From positions 1 through 33,442 of the IMG/VR virus record IMGVR_UViG_3300005611_000113: a DNA stretch of 33,442 nucleotides. One strand, 5' to 3'. The position numbers were made by a program, and so were the translations under genes. Source of the DNA: a virus (lineage: Duplodnaviria > Caudoviricetes). The notes below the pieces were generated by a model, which had not been told where the DNA came from, searched no databases, and worked only from the letters and a program-made list of their open reading frames with translations. This document shows positions 1 through 9,326 of this stretch, in pieces; position 1 is the first letter of the stretch, and each line of letters starts with the position of its first letter.

Positions 1-2096
1 GCCTGCTCTACCATGGGCTGACCGGACTGGTACTTGGCCATGAGGTCCGTGAACCGAGGAACACCGGCCTCCGGGTTGCCCAGCATCAGATCCCTAGTCA
101 CCAAGGCCTTCAGCTCGCGTGGGTCTTCAACGCCCCCATGGAACCGTAGCAACTTGGCCACGTTCACTTCTGAGATGACGAGCAACTCGGCCTCGGCGTT
201 CACCCGAGCGTCGTAGTTGTCAGGCCGCTGCACATAGGTGGTCTGCATTGTAGCGTCATCCCTGACCTCTTCTCGATCAGGGTAGCGCGACAGAAGAGAC
301 CCCTTGATGTTCTGGATGTACGCGGAGTCTGCGCTGAGGAGGATCCTCGGGTTCTGGGTGTAGCTGGTGGCCAGGAGGTCCTGCACATCCTTTCGAGCCC
401 GGTACTTGGCTTGCAGATCGCCCGGCAGGGTGAGTCGCAGCGCTTCTTTCTTGGCGGGGTCAGGCTCGGCCTGGATCATGTTGAGGAACTCATCGCGCAT
501 CTCCAGCTGCACCAGAGCCAGCTTGCCCTGAGCACCTCCAGGGAGCAGCTTCATCTCGTCGGTAGTGACCAAGAGGTCCATGACGGCTTGCGCCTGCTCG
601 CGTGCCTGGGGGTTGCGGTAGCCCTTCTCCTCGCTCGAAGTGAACTCATTCCACAAGCCGTCCCAGCTCCCTCCGGGCTTGGTGCCCCCAAGGAGCTCTT
701 GGTTCTTTTGGTCCAACAAGGCCGCACGCAATTCTTCCGTGGCACCCTCGGTCTTGATGCGGAGGCTGAGCGTGGCGAGCATCTGGGTGCCCTCCTCGCT
801 CAAGGGGGCAGCAGGACCGTTGAGGCCACGGGTGAAGTTCTCAGCGACCTCAAGGACCAACGATTCCAAGTTATCCGGAGAGAGCCCGTTCTCCTCGAGG
901 GCGCCAGCGAAGAGCGCCTGGTTCTCAGGTTGGTTGAGAATGGCGAGGGCGTCCTCGGTGGTCGTGGCACCACCTTCGACGAGCACCTGGCGCATCTTGC
1001 CGGGCATCCGCCAGCGGACCTCGCCCAAGGAGGCCTCGGTCTTATCGCGGCCCAGCTGTCGCTCCTTCAGGGCCACACGGTCCTCGATGTCCCCAAGGGC
1101 GTTCTGCCAGAAGGGGTCATCTCCTAGCTTCTTGCCAGGAGTGAAGACTTCCTGATCCTGCACCCAGGCAAGGAAGTCCACAGCCTCCAGTCCATCGTCC
1201 GAGTCCCGCTGAACTTCCTCAGCGATCATCTCGATGGCCTTGGAGACCAGCGTGTTGGTGTCCTCGCCACCCTTCTCCTTGTAGGGGCCGACGATGTTCT
1301 GGAGGCGGCTGAGGAGCAGCTGCTGCGCCTCGCTGTCCTGAAGCGAGCCTTGGTCTTCCCTCAAGGTGCTTGAGGTGTAGCCCGTCCGCAGCGACTCGTA
1401 CAACTCCGTGGTGACCTGACGCTTCGTCTCGTTCGCTCGGGAGGCCTGCTGCTTGGCACCCGTGATCTGCATGAACTGGGTCTCAATGGGAACCCAGGCA
1501 TCCAGCACACCCTCGCGGAACGCTGTGCCCTTGTTCGAGTCGATGCCCTCGAAGAGTGCCTCGCGCACCTCTTGCATCAGAGCTTGCCGGTCAGCCTCTG
1601 GATCAGCGAACTCATCCATCCTGCTGTAGATGTAGTCCTGTGCCGTCACCTGACGCCCATCGGCACCAGGGAACCGCTTGTCCTCGAGGACGTTCCTGCG
1701 GCCAGCGTAGGCCTGGAACTGGAGCACGAAGTCGGGGCGGCTCGCGTAGTTGAGCTCGTAGTCCCCGAAGGCTCCCTTGTTGGCCTCGAACCAAGCCTGG
1801 GTCTCATCGGGCGTCATGGAGGGAAGGTCCCTCAAGGCGCTCGCGTCCCCCTTGTACTGCGACACGGCCATCTCGGCCTCAGAAGGCATCTTCTTGCGCT
1901 TCTGCTTCTCCATCTCTTGGAGGAAGCCCGTCATGGACGGGGATAGCGCAGAGAGCCCCTTGGCCACCTCGAGCCAAGCGTTGGTCACGGCCTCTTCAGG
2001 CGGCACAAGGTTCGGCTGGTAGAAGGTGTCCACCGGTGCCGCGGTGGGCCGAAGGCCCTGTTGCGGCAGGGCGAAGTTGATCTGCGGTCTAGCCAT
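1..2096 (-). CDS. Internal virion (ejection) protein C, T7 gp15-like; partial, runs off the left edge
   Basis: ATG at 2096 overlaps the gp14 stop. Reads MARPQINFALPQQGLRPTAAPVDTFYQPN... Absent from the ORF track, consistent with no stop before the window edge. Position after gp14 matches T7 synteny. Confidence 0.75.
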   Translation of the reverse strand, partial: MARPQINFALPQQGLRPTAAPVDTFYQPNLVPPEEAVTNAWLEVAKGLSALSPSMTGFLQEMEKQKRKKMPSEAEMAVSQYKGDASALRDLPSMTPDETQAWFEANKGAFGDYELNYASRPDFVLQFQAYAGRRNVLEDKRFPGADGRQVTAQDYIYSRMDEFADPEADRQALMQEVREALFEGIDSNKGTAFREGVLDAWVPIETQFMQITGAKQQASRANETKRQVTTELYESLRTGYTSSTLREDQGSLQDSEAQQLLLSRLQNIVGPYKEKGGEDTNTLVSKAIEMIAEEVQRDSDDGLEAVDFLAWVQDQEVFTPGKKLGDDPFWQNALGDIEDRVALKERQLGRDKTEASLGEVRWRMPGKMRQVLVEGGATTTEDALAILNQPENQALFAGALEENGLSPDNLESLVLEVAENFTRGLNGPAAPLSEEGTQMLATLSLRIKTEGATEELRAALLDQKNQELLGGTKPGGSWDGLWNEFTSSEEKGYRNPQAREQAQAVMDLLVTTDEMKLLPGGAQGKLALVQLEMRDEFLNMIQAEPDPAKKEALRLTLPGDLQAKYRARKDVQDLLATSYTQNPRILLSADSAYIQNIKGSLLSRYPDREEVRDDATMQTTYVQRPDNYDARVNAEAELLVISEVNVAKLLRFHGGVEDPRELKALVTRDLMLGNPEAGVPRFTDLMAKYQSGQPMVEQ

Positions 2097-2683
2097 CAGG
2101 CCTGACTCCAGAAGGCTGCGGAGTTGAAGGCCGAAGCGCCTAGCTGACCCAGGGCAGCCATGGCCGAAGGCCCAGCAACAGGACCACCGATGGCTCCGTT
2201 GACTCGGTTGATCTGTTGGGCTCTCACGCCTTCCATGGACATCCTGATCTGATCTTCCTCCCACTTCAGGTTGGTCTGCCGCTGCGCCACCCAGTCCTCG
2301 TACTGGGTAGCCCACTCACCTGCGCTCTCGGTGGCCACGCCACCCATCACTCCACCAGCGGCTGCTGCCACCCGGCTGGCCGCTGTGGCCTTCAGGGTGC
2401 GCTGTAGGGCCCCTTGGACATCTTGGGCCGCTGACTCCCTGGCTTGCGATTGGCGCTTCAGGAGGCCCTCGTACTGCGTCCTGGCGGCATCTGCTGCAAT
2501 GGCCTGAGTCTGCTGAAGACGCTCGCTTTGGAACTTGGCCTGAGCACTAGCTTGCTGCTGCTGGCCGATGAACTGAGCTCCGATAGTCAAGGCGCTCATC
2601 GCGAACGAGAGGTTCGCCATGGCTGCCGCAGCTCCTGAAAGCTGAACCCCGGCTCCGGCTGCTACTGCTGCGGGTAGGCACAT
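2096..2683 (-). CDS. Internal virion protein B, T7 gp14-like
   Basis: 195 aa, starts MC, Ala/Gly/Gln-rich and helical, lies between gp13-like and gp15-like genes. Confidence 0.75.
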   Translation of the reverse strand: MCLPAAVAAGAGVQLSGAAAAMANLSFAMSALTIGAQFIGQQQQASAQAKFQSERLQQTQAIAADAARTQYEGLLKRQSQARESAAQDVQGALQRTLKATAASRVAAAAGGVMGGVATESAGEWATQYEDWVAQRQTNLKWEEDQIRMSMEGVRAQQINRVNGAIGGPVAGPSAMAALGQLGASAFNSAAFWSQA

Positions 2684-3118
2684 CTAGGAGATCCTCGCAA
2701 ACTCGATGAAGGGCGGCTCACGCCGCACGAAACGGAACCCAAGGAACTTGAGCCACTTGTGGTGCAACTCGTTGTCCTCATGGACGACATTGGAGAGCAG
2801 CTCGTAGCCCTCCGCGATTCGCTCCAGCCAGCCACGGCTCTGCCGCAGGAACTGGGTGCGAATCTCTGTGATCTCATCTGTGCCCAAGAGCCAGACGTTG
2901 CCGAAGGTGGGGGCACCAAAGACCCGCGTGACACCGAAGAGCGCAATGCAGCGACCTCGGTGCTCAATGGCATAGCAGGGCCTTGAGTCCATGATGCCCA
3001 CTCGAAGCACTTCGGTTGCATCGACCCCGTGGGCCTCGAGCTCCACCATGTCCGCGTGGCGCAGACGGCCCTCGAGATCCTCAAGGTCCGACTCGACGGC
3101 CAGGCGTACCGATGCCAT
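2684..3118 (-). CDS. T7 gp13-like protein (internal virion protein A / GNAT-like fold)
   Basis: Likely start ATG 3118 overlapping the gp12 stop. Contains LRHADMVE..., VWLLGT and NVVHEDNELHHKWLKFLGF, typical of gp13-like proteins. Synteny agrees. Confidence 0.8.
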   Translation of the reverse strand: MASVRLAVESDLEDLEGRLRHADMVELEAHGVDATEVLRVGIMDSRPCYAIEHRGRCIALFGVTRVFGAPTFGNVWLLGTDEITEIRTQFLRQSRGWLERIAEGYELLSNVVHEDNELHHKWLKFLGFRFVRREPPFIEFARIS

Positions 3119-5679
3119 CAGAAGCGGCGGTTGAAGCCCACTCGGCTGTGGTAGAAGGCCTCCCACTCCGCAGCAATGAAGCGCGAGGGTAGAGGTGAAG
3201 GGTTCTCCAGCTCAATGGTCACGCGATCATGGCTCGCCATGACGGGGAACTGATACTCACCTGTGTAGACACCAATGCTTCCCAGCAGGCTCTCAGGCTC
3301 CCCAAGGAGGTAGCCGTTCCAGATGTAGCTCTGGGCGGGCTGGCCCTTGATCGTGACCCGCACAAGGAAGTGCGAGGTGTCCGCGTAGCTGATGCGCCCG
3401 TAGCGCACCCTGTGGCTGGTGTTGCCCATTGGAGCAACGCGCCCCTCGCGCTGGAGGTGCAGGGTGCTGAACTCGTAGCGCATGGTGTACGCCTCCCCGA
3501 TGTACACCGGTGTGCTGGTGTGGTCACCGCTGACGGTCACCGTGTCCGTACCCGTGCTGGTCACGGGGTAGTTCAGCCCCGCATTGGTGCTAGCGGTGGC
3601 TCGGCCCACCACCTGCATCGTTGCGCCAGTACCCAGGTCGTAGGGCAGCGTGAACGTGGTGGAGTTGGTGCCAGCGTCGTAGCTCGAGGTGACCCCGGAG
3701 CTCCCATCGGTGATCCGCCGGTCCAAGTGGATGCGGAACTGCGCGTAGGGGTCCGCCAAGAACGGCTCAAAGTCCATCCGCTCCAGGCTCGTCTGGGTGC
3801 CCCGGCGGACCACCAAGTGCAGGTACTGCTCGATCCATGTGATCGAGAGGATCTCGGCATTGGTGCCACCAAGGGTGAACTTGGACCAAGCGGACTGCAC
3901 CCGCTCCTGCCCGTTCACTTGCCACTTGTAGACGTACAGCGTGGCATCGTCTCCAGCCCGCAGCACAAGGCAATCCTCAGTGGGGGAGGCTGCCATCTCC
4001 ACAGCGGCCCCAGTGATGTAGGTGGGCACCTGGCCCGTCACATCCACTGCCCCGTACTCAGGGCGGTTGGTGCTCGCGTCGTAGAGCTCGCGCACCGTGG
4101 CGCTCGAGCCCCGAGTCCCAGCGAAGAAGATGCTCTGCCTCGCGGCCTTCGGCTGTGCACCCACTGTGCTCTCGTACTCGGACGCTACGTCCACCGAGAC
4201 GTTCGAGGGGGTCACGGTGCCATCTACGCCCCCGCTGAGTACGAACTGCGTGGACTCGGAGAAGAGGACGAGGTTGCCCCGCAAGGCCACCGCCGAGTTC
4301 AAGAGGTTCACCCGTGTGCCTGCGGCCACGACGGACATCCGTGCTGAATCGAGGAGCGTGGTGACCGTGGTCCGAAAGAAATTGAAGTATTGCCCGGACT
4401 CCGAGAGGACTACGGTTTCCCCACTGAGGAGCACCAGGCGATCCTTGTAGAAGCTGATGCCCCGGATGAGCTCCCCATCCGTGCCGGAGCTTGTTTGGAG
4501 GAACGCCGGTCTCGGGTTGGTGTCTTCATTCCCAGCAGCTCGCTCTCCCCACTGGGGAGCGGTGTAGGCCACTGTGCCACCGATGGCACCTCCGAGGGTG
4601 GCCCCGTTCAGCGGCGTCCACACAAAGTCCCCGTTGCTGAGGCGCACCAGAAGGTGCGGCATGGTGTCCGCATCAGGCTTGTACTCGATGCCGCCTGCGA
4701 CCGACTCCTCCCAGACGCCATCACCGAAGGAGCTCGCGCCCCCCTCGTTGGTCTCAAACTTGACGTAGTACGCACCAGCCCCAGCACCCCCTTGGTCAGG
4801 CACCCCGTCGATCAGGATGGTGAAGCCTTCTGGGGCCACGGTCGGGAGCACGCTGAAGGACTGCACTGAGCCCTTGATTGCCTCGAGGACAGAAGAGCCC
4901 ACAGAGTCATCGGTGGACATATCGAACGCGCTGCCATCACTCTTGGCCACCCAGATCGTGGACCCCTCACGGCTGATGTCCCAGCCTGTGGCTAGTGGTG
5001 AGCCAGAGGTGCCAACGGTGACACCGTAAAGCGGGGTGGCACCAGACCCAGAGGTCAGGTGGTCGCGGATCAGCTCTGCGATGTAGTCCGTCTGGATGCC
5101 CTGGATGTGAGATGCCACGGACCCATCACCTGTTTCCACGGTGACCACCCGGCCAGCTACGTCCGCGATGTACTTGGTTCCGTAGTTACCCTGCTTGACG
5201 AAGATGAGCCCTTCTTCGCCTCGGTCAGCAGTGGTGGTAGAAGCCATCTTGGGCTGCACCGACTTGTTGAGCACGATGGTGGCATCGGCAATCGTCAGGA
5301 ACTCGAGGTCCCCTTCGGGGTCCGATGTCTCTAGGTAGTCAAAGTCCCCAGAGGCCCCAACGGCTGCGGGATCTCCCCCCATGTCGTACACGGACTGAGA
5401 GCTGCCGTCCGCCAGGTCGTAGACCCGCAGCACCTTGCTCTCAACAGCCACCACATAACGCTCAGCCGCGTCACGGTTGATGGTGTGGTACGCAGCGGTG
5501 CCCGTTGGGGCAGAGGCCAGAGTGCCCAGGTGCTCCGTAGGGGGCCTCTTGCGGAGCCCCTCGACCACGGTGCCCAAGGCGTTCTCTTGTGCCTCACACT
5601 GCGAGGGGAATCGCTTGATGGCGGGCTGCTGGCTCACACCCCCGACAAGTGCGTCAGTGGTGTGGGTGATCAGCGTCAT
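3118..5679 (-). CDS. Tail tubular protein B (nozzle), T7 gp12-like
   Basis: 853 aa; N-terminal LVGGVSQQP...GLRKRPP, MPHLLVR, YFNFFRTTV, QSAWSKF and C-terminal AEWEAFY. Confidence 0.93.
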   Translation of the reverse strand: MTLITHTTDALVGGVSQQPAIKRFPSQCEAQENALGTVVEGLRKRPPTEHLGTLASAPTGTAAYHTINRDAAERYVVAVESKVLRVYDLADGSSQSVYDMGGDPAAVGASGDFDYLETSDPEGDLEFLTIADATIVLNKSVQPKMASTTTADRGEEGLIFVKQGNYGTKYIADVAGRVVTVETGDGSVASHIQGIQTDYIAELIRDHLTSGSGATPLYGVTVGTSGSPLATGWDISREGSTIWVAKSDGSAFDMSTDDSVGSSVLEAIKGSVQSFSVLPTVAPEGFTILIDGVPDQGGAGAGAYYVKFETNEGGASSFGDGVWEESVAGGIEYKPDADTMPHLLVRLSNGDFVWTPLNGATLGGAIGGTVAYTAPQWGERAAGNEDTNPRPAFLQTSSGTDGELIRGISFYKDRLVLLSGETVVLSESGQYFNFFRTTVTTLLDSARMSVVAAGTRVNLLNSAVALRGNLVLFSESTQFVLSGGVDGTVTPSNVSVDVASEYESTVGAQPKAARQSIFFAGTRGSSATVRELYDASTNRPEYGAVDVTGQVPTYITGAAVEMAASPTEDCLVLRAGDDATLYVYKWQVNGQERVQSAWSKFTLGGTNAEILSITWIEQYLHLVVRRGTQTSLERMDFEPFLADPYAQFRIHLDRRITDGSSGVTSSYDAGTNSTTFTLPYDLGTGATMQVVGRATASTNAGLNYPVTSTGTDTVTVSGDHTSTPVYIGEAYTMRYEFSTLHLQREGRVAPMGNTSHRVRYGRISYADTSHFLVRVTIKGQPAQSYIWNGYLLGEPESLLGSIGVYTGEYQFPVMASHDRVTIELENPSPLPSRFIAAEWEAFYHSRVGFNRRF

Positions 5680-6275
5680 CAGCTGCTCAGGCGACGAGTC
5701 ACAGAGGGGCGGGCCACGACACGGTACACATCGTAGTTCCCGGTCAGCATGTTGTGGTCAGCGGTGTCCCCCTCGGCGTCCTTGAGGTCCGAGAGGGCCA
5801 TGTACTCATCCTGCACGTTGTAGGTGTGCTGGGGGCCGTAGCCGATGATGCGGTCAGCGAAGACTCGCGTGGCGCGAATCATGATGTAGCGCCGTGCCAC
5901 CTCGGGCAGCAGTGACCAGTCGAGGTTGTAGGTGACATCCACCGTGACATCTTGGTCGAAGGCGTAGGTATGCCCTGCTCGGTCATACAGCAGCGTGCCT
6001 CGCTGGACGATATCTCGGTTGCCGTTGTAGCCCGCGGATCCGTCAATCCTCAGCACGTTCTCTGCCAAGGCGACCTCGCCAGCCACGGGGGTCATGGTGA
6101 CCTTGGTTTCGTAGTTGAAGGCCCATCCCCTGGAGAGCACCTCGCGGCGCGTCTCAGTCAGGATGTTCTTCGCAATGGAGACTTCCGCACCTCCACTCAG
6201 GCTGCTCACAGGTGAGGAACCGATAGCCGAGAGCATCACATTGACTGCCTCGAGCTCGGTGGTGTAGTTGCTCAT
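5679..6275 (-). CDS. Tail tubular protein A, T7 gp11-like
   Basis: Start ATG 6275 after an AAGGAG RBS; TTELEAVNVMLSAIGSSPVSSL, GWAFN, LPEVARRYI. Confidence 0.93.
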   Translation of the reverse strand: MSNYTTELEAVNVMLSAIGSSPVSSLSGGAEVSIAKNILTETRREVLSRGWAFNYETKVTMTPVAGEVALAENVLRIDGSAGYNGNRDIVQRGTLLYDRAGHTYAFDQDVTVDVTYNLDWSLLPEVARRYIMIRATRVFADRIIGYGPQHTYNVQDEYMALSDLKDAEGDTADHNMLTGNYDVYRVVARPSVTRRLSS

Positions 6276-6290
6276 GGTCTCCTTGTAGGG

Positions 6291-6324
6291 GGGAAAGGCT
6301 GAGGACTCCGAAGAGCCCCCAGCC
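6291..6324 (-). terminator. T-phi-like terminator/attenuator after the capsid gene
   Basis: Minus strand GGCTGGGGGCTC-TTCG-GAGTCCTCAGCC gives a 12-bp stem (2 G-U) with a cUUCGg tetraloop, then a short TTT. A second hairpin GGGGTG-ACCTAG-CACCCC lies just upstream. Confidence 0.65.
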
Positions 6325-6366
6325 ACACAGCATCACTCACGGGGTGCTAGGTCACCCCATGGACGA

Positions 6367-7371
6367 CTACGCAGTCTTGATCAGGCCACAGGCCTCGGGA
6401 CGCAGGTAGTGGTGTCCACACGCCAGCTTGGCGACCATCAGCGTGGACATGCGCTCGAGCAGGTACTCGGACTGCACGGAGAGGTCCGCCATCTTGACGC
6501 AGCCGACACCGGAGCGGTGGAAGGCCAGAGCCACCACGTTCGACCAGTCACCGTTGTAGCCCACGCCACTGGCGCCGAAGACATCGTTCTGAGCACCACC
6601 GTCAGCAGTCGATGACAGGTCGGTGCTCCCCATGTTGTTGGTCTTCACGATCTGCATGCCAGCGACACGCAGGACCGTACCCGACGCGAGGTCACCGTTG
6701 TCCCCCGCGATGTCGCGGTGGATCAGGTTCGAGTCGTGGGCCTGGAGGAGGTAGTACAGGCTCGGGCTGACCGCGAAGTAGCGATCCTCGCTCGGCACAT
6801 CGTTCTCATCGAAGGCCTGGGCGAGATCCTGAGCCGAGCCAATGAGCGAAGACACGTTCGAATCAGCGTCGGCATCCGTGATCTGAGTGCCCGCAGCGGT
6901 GACACCCGAGATGTTGGCAGAGGCCGTAGCACCTGCGTAGACCGTGGCGAGGATGTGCTGGTCCACTTCCTTGGCGAGGGCACGGCCAATGGCCGAGCTG
7001 TACTCGCTGCGGTAGTCCCAGTGCACCTTCATCGCATCGAGGTCATCGACCAGCACGCTCGAGGTGAGCATGTCGTCAATGAAGATCTCACGCTCGGTGA
7101 CCTTGATCTGGCTCAGGTACGCGGCGCTCGCGGCGTCGGCGTCCGTGATCAGACTCTCACCAGGGGTGTGCCACTTGGCAGCAGCGGTGCCGATCACCGG
7201 GAAGGTGGCCGACTTACCCGAGGAGATCGTGCGGCTCATGACGAGCGGCATGAACTTGTTGGCCTCTTGGAAGGTGGCCAGGGTCTCGCCCGCGAAGAGC
7301 TTGAGGAAGTTGGCGTTGGTGGAGCCAGTAGCCAGGTCCTGGCCCAGCCGGGAAATGTCAGTGACAGCCAT
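6367..7371 (-). CDS. Major capsid protein, T7 gp10-like
   Basis: 334 aa; FLKLFAGE, RTISSGKSATFP, IDDML, YS..IGRALA, LRPE; AAGGAG RBS. Confidence 0.96.
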   Translation of the reverse strand: MAVTDISRLGQDLATGSTNANFLKLFAGETLATFQEANKFMPLVMSRTISSGKSATFPVIGTAAAKWHTPGESLITDADAASAAYLSQIKVTEREIFIDDMLTSSVLVDDLDAMKVHWDYRSEYSSAIGRALAKEVDQHILATVYAGATASANISGVTAAGTQITDADADSNVSSLIGSAQDLAQAFDENDVPSEDRYFAVSPSLYYLLQAHDSNLIHRDIAGDNGDLASGTVLRVAGMQIVKTNNMGSTDLSSTADGGAQNDVFGASGVGYNGDWSNVVALAFHRSGVGCVKMADLSVQSEYLLERMSTLMVAKLACGHHYLRPEACGLIKTA

Positions 7372-7521
7372 CGGAGTTCTCCTTGTGGAGGGGTGTTGAG
7401 TAGGAATGGGCCAAAGGGCCCGACATTCCCTGACAACAGCTCCGTCGCCTGGAGCAGCGGGTTATCCGCCTAAGCGGGCCCGGACAGACATCGACTTGCG
7501 ATGTCAGGTGTTCGTGGTGAG
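7372..7521 (-). promoter_or_regulatory. Structured 5' leader of the capsid gene (four hairpins)
   Basis: Stems at 7487-7505 (GACATCG/CGATGTC), 7458-7482 (CGGG-C-CCGC/GCGG-ATAA-CCCG), 7439-7455 (GCTCC/GGAGC) and 7394-7438 (long imperfect stem). Confidence 0.55.
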
Positions 7522-8103
7522 CTACTGCCAGCTGGCAATCAGCTCGACGGTGTAGGTCTCAGATTGGGAGACTTGCACGCTCGGGGAGGGACTCTCGATG
7601 CTCCACAGAGGAGTCACTTCCAACGAGAAGGGGCCTCCGTTTGATGACCACACAGCGGCACCTCCAACGGCAAAACCGGAGACGGCCATGGTGTCCATCC
7701 CGTAGGCACCCGAGGGGAACGTGGCGTCCATGTCGAACCAGCGGGCACCAGAGAGTGCGAAGCTCCCCGTGGTGGGCAGCGAGGCACCAGCCTCATAGGG
7801 GCGAATGAGCCCGAAGCATGAAGCACTAGCGGCGGCTGAGGGGCCAGGAGTCCAAGGGGCCATGGTGGACCATGTGACACGGTTGCCGCTCAGGCTGCCT
7901 CCGCTGGCCGTGACGAGCACCGAAGCCCCAGCGGGGGCCAGGAGCTTCGGTGTCCGCAAAGTGCCCGTGACACCCTCCAGGCGCAAGATGTATCGGGAGG
8001 GGGAGGACCCAATACGCTGCCATTTGGAGGGCGGCACGGTGCTCGAGGGCGCGGCCCAGATGATGGTGGCCAGCAGGCTCGCAGCCACCAGGGTGGCCTT
8101 CAC
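7522..8103 (-). CDS. Hypothetical exported protein (signal peptide, Ser/Gly-rich, beta-rich)
   Basis: 193 aa; MK followed by a hydrophobic stretch and small residues (MKATLVAASLLATIIWAAP). GTGA overlap with the upstream stop. Confidence 0.65.
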   Translation of the reverse strand: MKATLVAASLLATIIWAAPSSTVPPSKWQRIGSSPSRYILRLEGVTGTLRTPKLLAPAGASVLVTASGGSLSGNRVTWSTMAPWTPGPSAAASASCFGLIRPYEAGASLPTTGSFALSGARWFDMDATFPSGAYGMDTMAVSGFAVGGAAVWSSNGGPFSLEVTPLWSIESPSPSVQVSQSETYTVELIASWQ

Positions 8104-8519
8104 GAAGGCTCACCTCGCATGCGTCTCGCCCTGTCACGCTTGTCGTTGACCCGCTTCTCCGCAAGGCGTGAACTGCCAGCCACAGCGGCCCCGAGGCCAG
8201 CAACGTAGGTCAGCAGCGACACAGGGTCCGTGGGGATGTGGCTAGCCGCCTTGGCGATGGCTTGCGTTCGCTCCTCCACTTGAGCGATGGTCTCCTCGAG
8301 CTCCTGCTTGAGGTCCTTCTGTGCGTCATCGATCTGATCCTCTGCCTGCTTCTCCGTGATCGCCTCGGCCTCGAGCTCCTCGAGCGTCTTGCCCACCTCG
8401 ATCCGGTAGCTGGCCTGCGCCTCCTCAATTCGGCGGATGTCCGAGCTGGTGACGCACCCCGTCAGAAGGAGCGCGGCAATCAGGGCAAGCAAGGCAGAGA
8501 GAATCTTCAGCATGGTCAC
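8100..8519 (-). CDS. Lipoprotein with coiled coil and C-terminal hydrophobic segment (candidate unimolecular spanin)
   Basis: Lipobox LLLTGC after a hydrophobic signal; Glu/Gln/Ala heptads; VSLLTYVAGLGAAVAG followed by a basic tail. Confidence 0.6.
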   Translation of the reverse strand: MTMLKILSALLALIAALLLTGCVTSSDIRRIEEAQASYRIEVGKTLEELEAEAITEKQAEDQIDDAQKDLKQELEETIAQVEERTQAIAKAASHIPTDPVSLLTYVAGLGAAVAGSSRLAEKRVNDKRDRARRMRGEPS

Positions 8520-9322
8520 ATGATGTTGGAGCTTTCGAGTCGCTTGGCGACCTGTGCTCGGAAGGCCGGGTCGTTCTTGTAGGCAGGGTTCTTCATGTCA
8601 ACCATGACCTGCGCCACGCTCTGGTAGGGCGCGTTGCCACCAGAGCCAGTCGGCTCCGTGGGCAGCAGGGTGGCCTCGCGGTCACCTCCGTTGGACTGGT
8701 AGAACATGGCCATGAGGCCGCGCACCGCAACGCCAGCGGCTGCCAAGTCACCTGCCTCCACCTGATCGTTGTAAGCGCGGATCTCCTCGACGCTCATCGT
8801 CTGAGCTGCCCAGGCCAGAGCCTGCGAGTACGCTTCCTGGCCACCGGCCTGCTCGTAGATCGTGCCGAGCTCAGCAGCCTGGACGGCTTGCTGGCCTTCC
8901 ATGAAAGCCGTGACCAGCTCCCTGCTGAGCCCCATGCCCTCGAGCTGCGTGAAGGCGTCGTCCGAGAGCTCGCCAGTGGAGTAGTACTCCTCCGCGAACG
9001 GCTCAAGCGCAGCCGTGGTGACGCCCGCGGCCTCGGCCACCTCGGCCACCTCAGTGGCTTCGGGGGCGTCTTGGGCACCCATGCGAGACTGGAGCTCGCG
9101 GTAGGCCTTCGCCATGTCCTCGGGGCTGGCGAACTTCTCGTCCAGCCACTCGGGCCGCTCGGGCTCCTGGGGCAGCTTGGGCTCAGGGGTGCCCTCGTCA
9201 GGCAGTTGAGACTCCATGCCAACGGACACACCGTGCTCGCTCTCCGAGGTCACGGTGTAGTCAGGGGCGTCGGGGGCAGAGGCGGCTTCAGAGGTGAAGC
9301 TGACGGAATGGGTTTCTCCCAT
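8516..9322 (-). CDS. Capsid assembly scaffolding protein, T7 gp9-like
   Basis: Acidic; RPEWLDEKFASPEDMAKAYRELQ; C-terminal DMKNPAYKNDPAFRAQVAKRL. Confidence 0.93.
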   Translation of the reverse strand: MGETHSVSFTSEAASAPDAPDYTVTSESEHGVSVGMESQLPDEGTPEPKLPQEPERPEWLDEKFASPEDMAKAYRELQSRMGAQDAPEATEVAEVAEAAGVTTAALEPFAEEYYSTGELSDDAFTQLEGMGLSRELVTAFMEGQQAVQAAELGTIYEQAGGQEAYSQALAWAAQTMSVEEIRAYNDQVEAGDLAAAGVAVRGLMAMFYQSNGGDREATLLPTEPTGSGGNAPYQSVAQVMVDMKNPAYKNDPAFRAQVAKRLESSNIM

Positions 9323-9326
9323 GAGG

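Noticed and set aside
6326-6400. T7 10A/10B-style capsid frameshift or read-through
   Set aside because: No slippery sequence near the capsid stop, and no long extension frame before the terminator hairpin.
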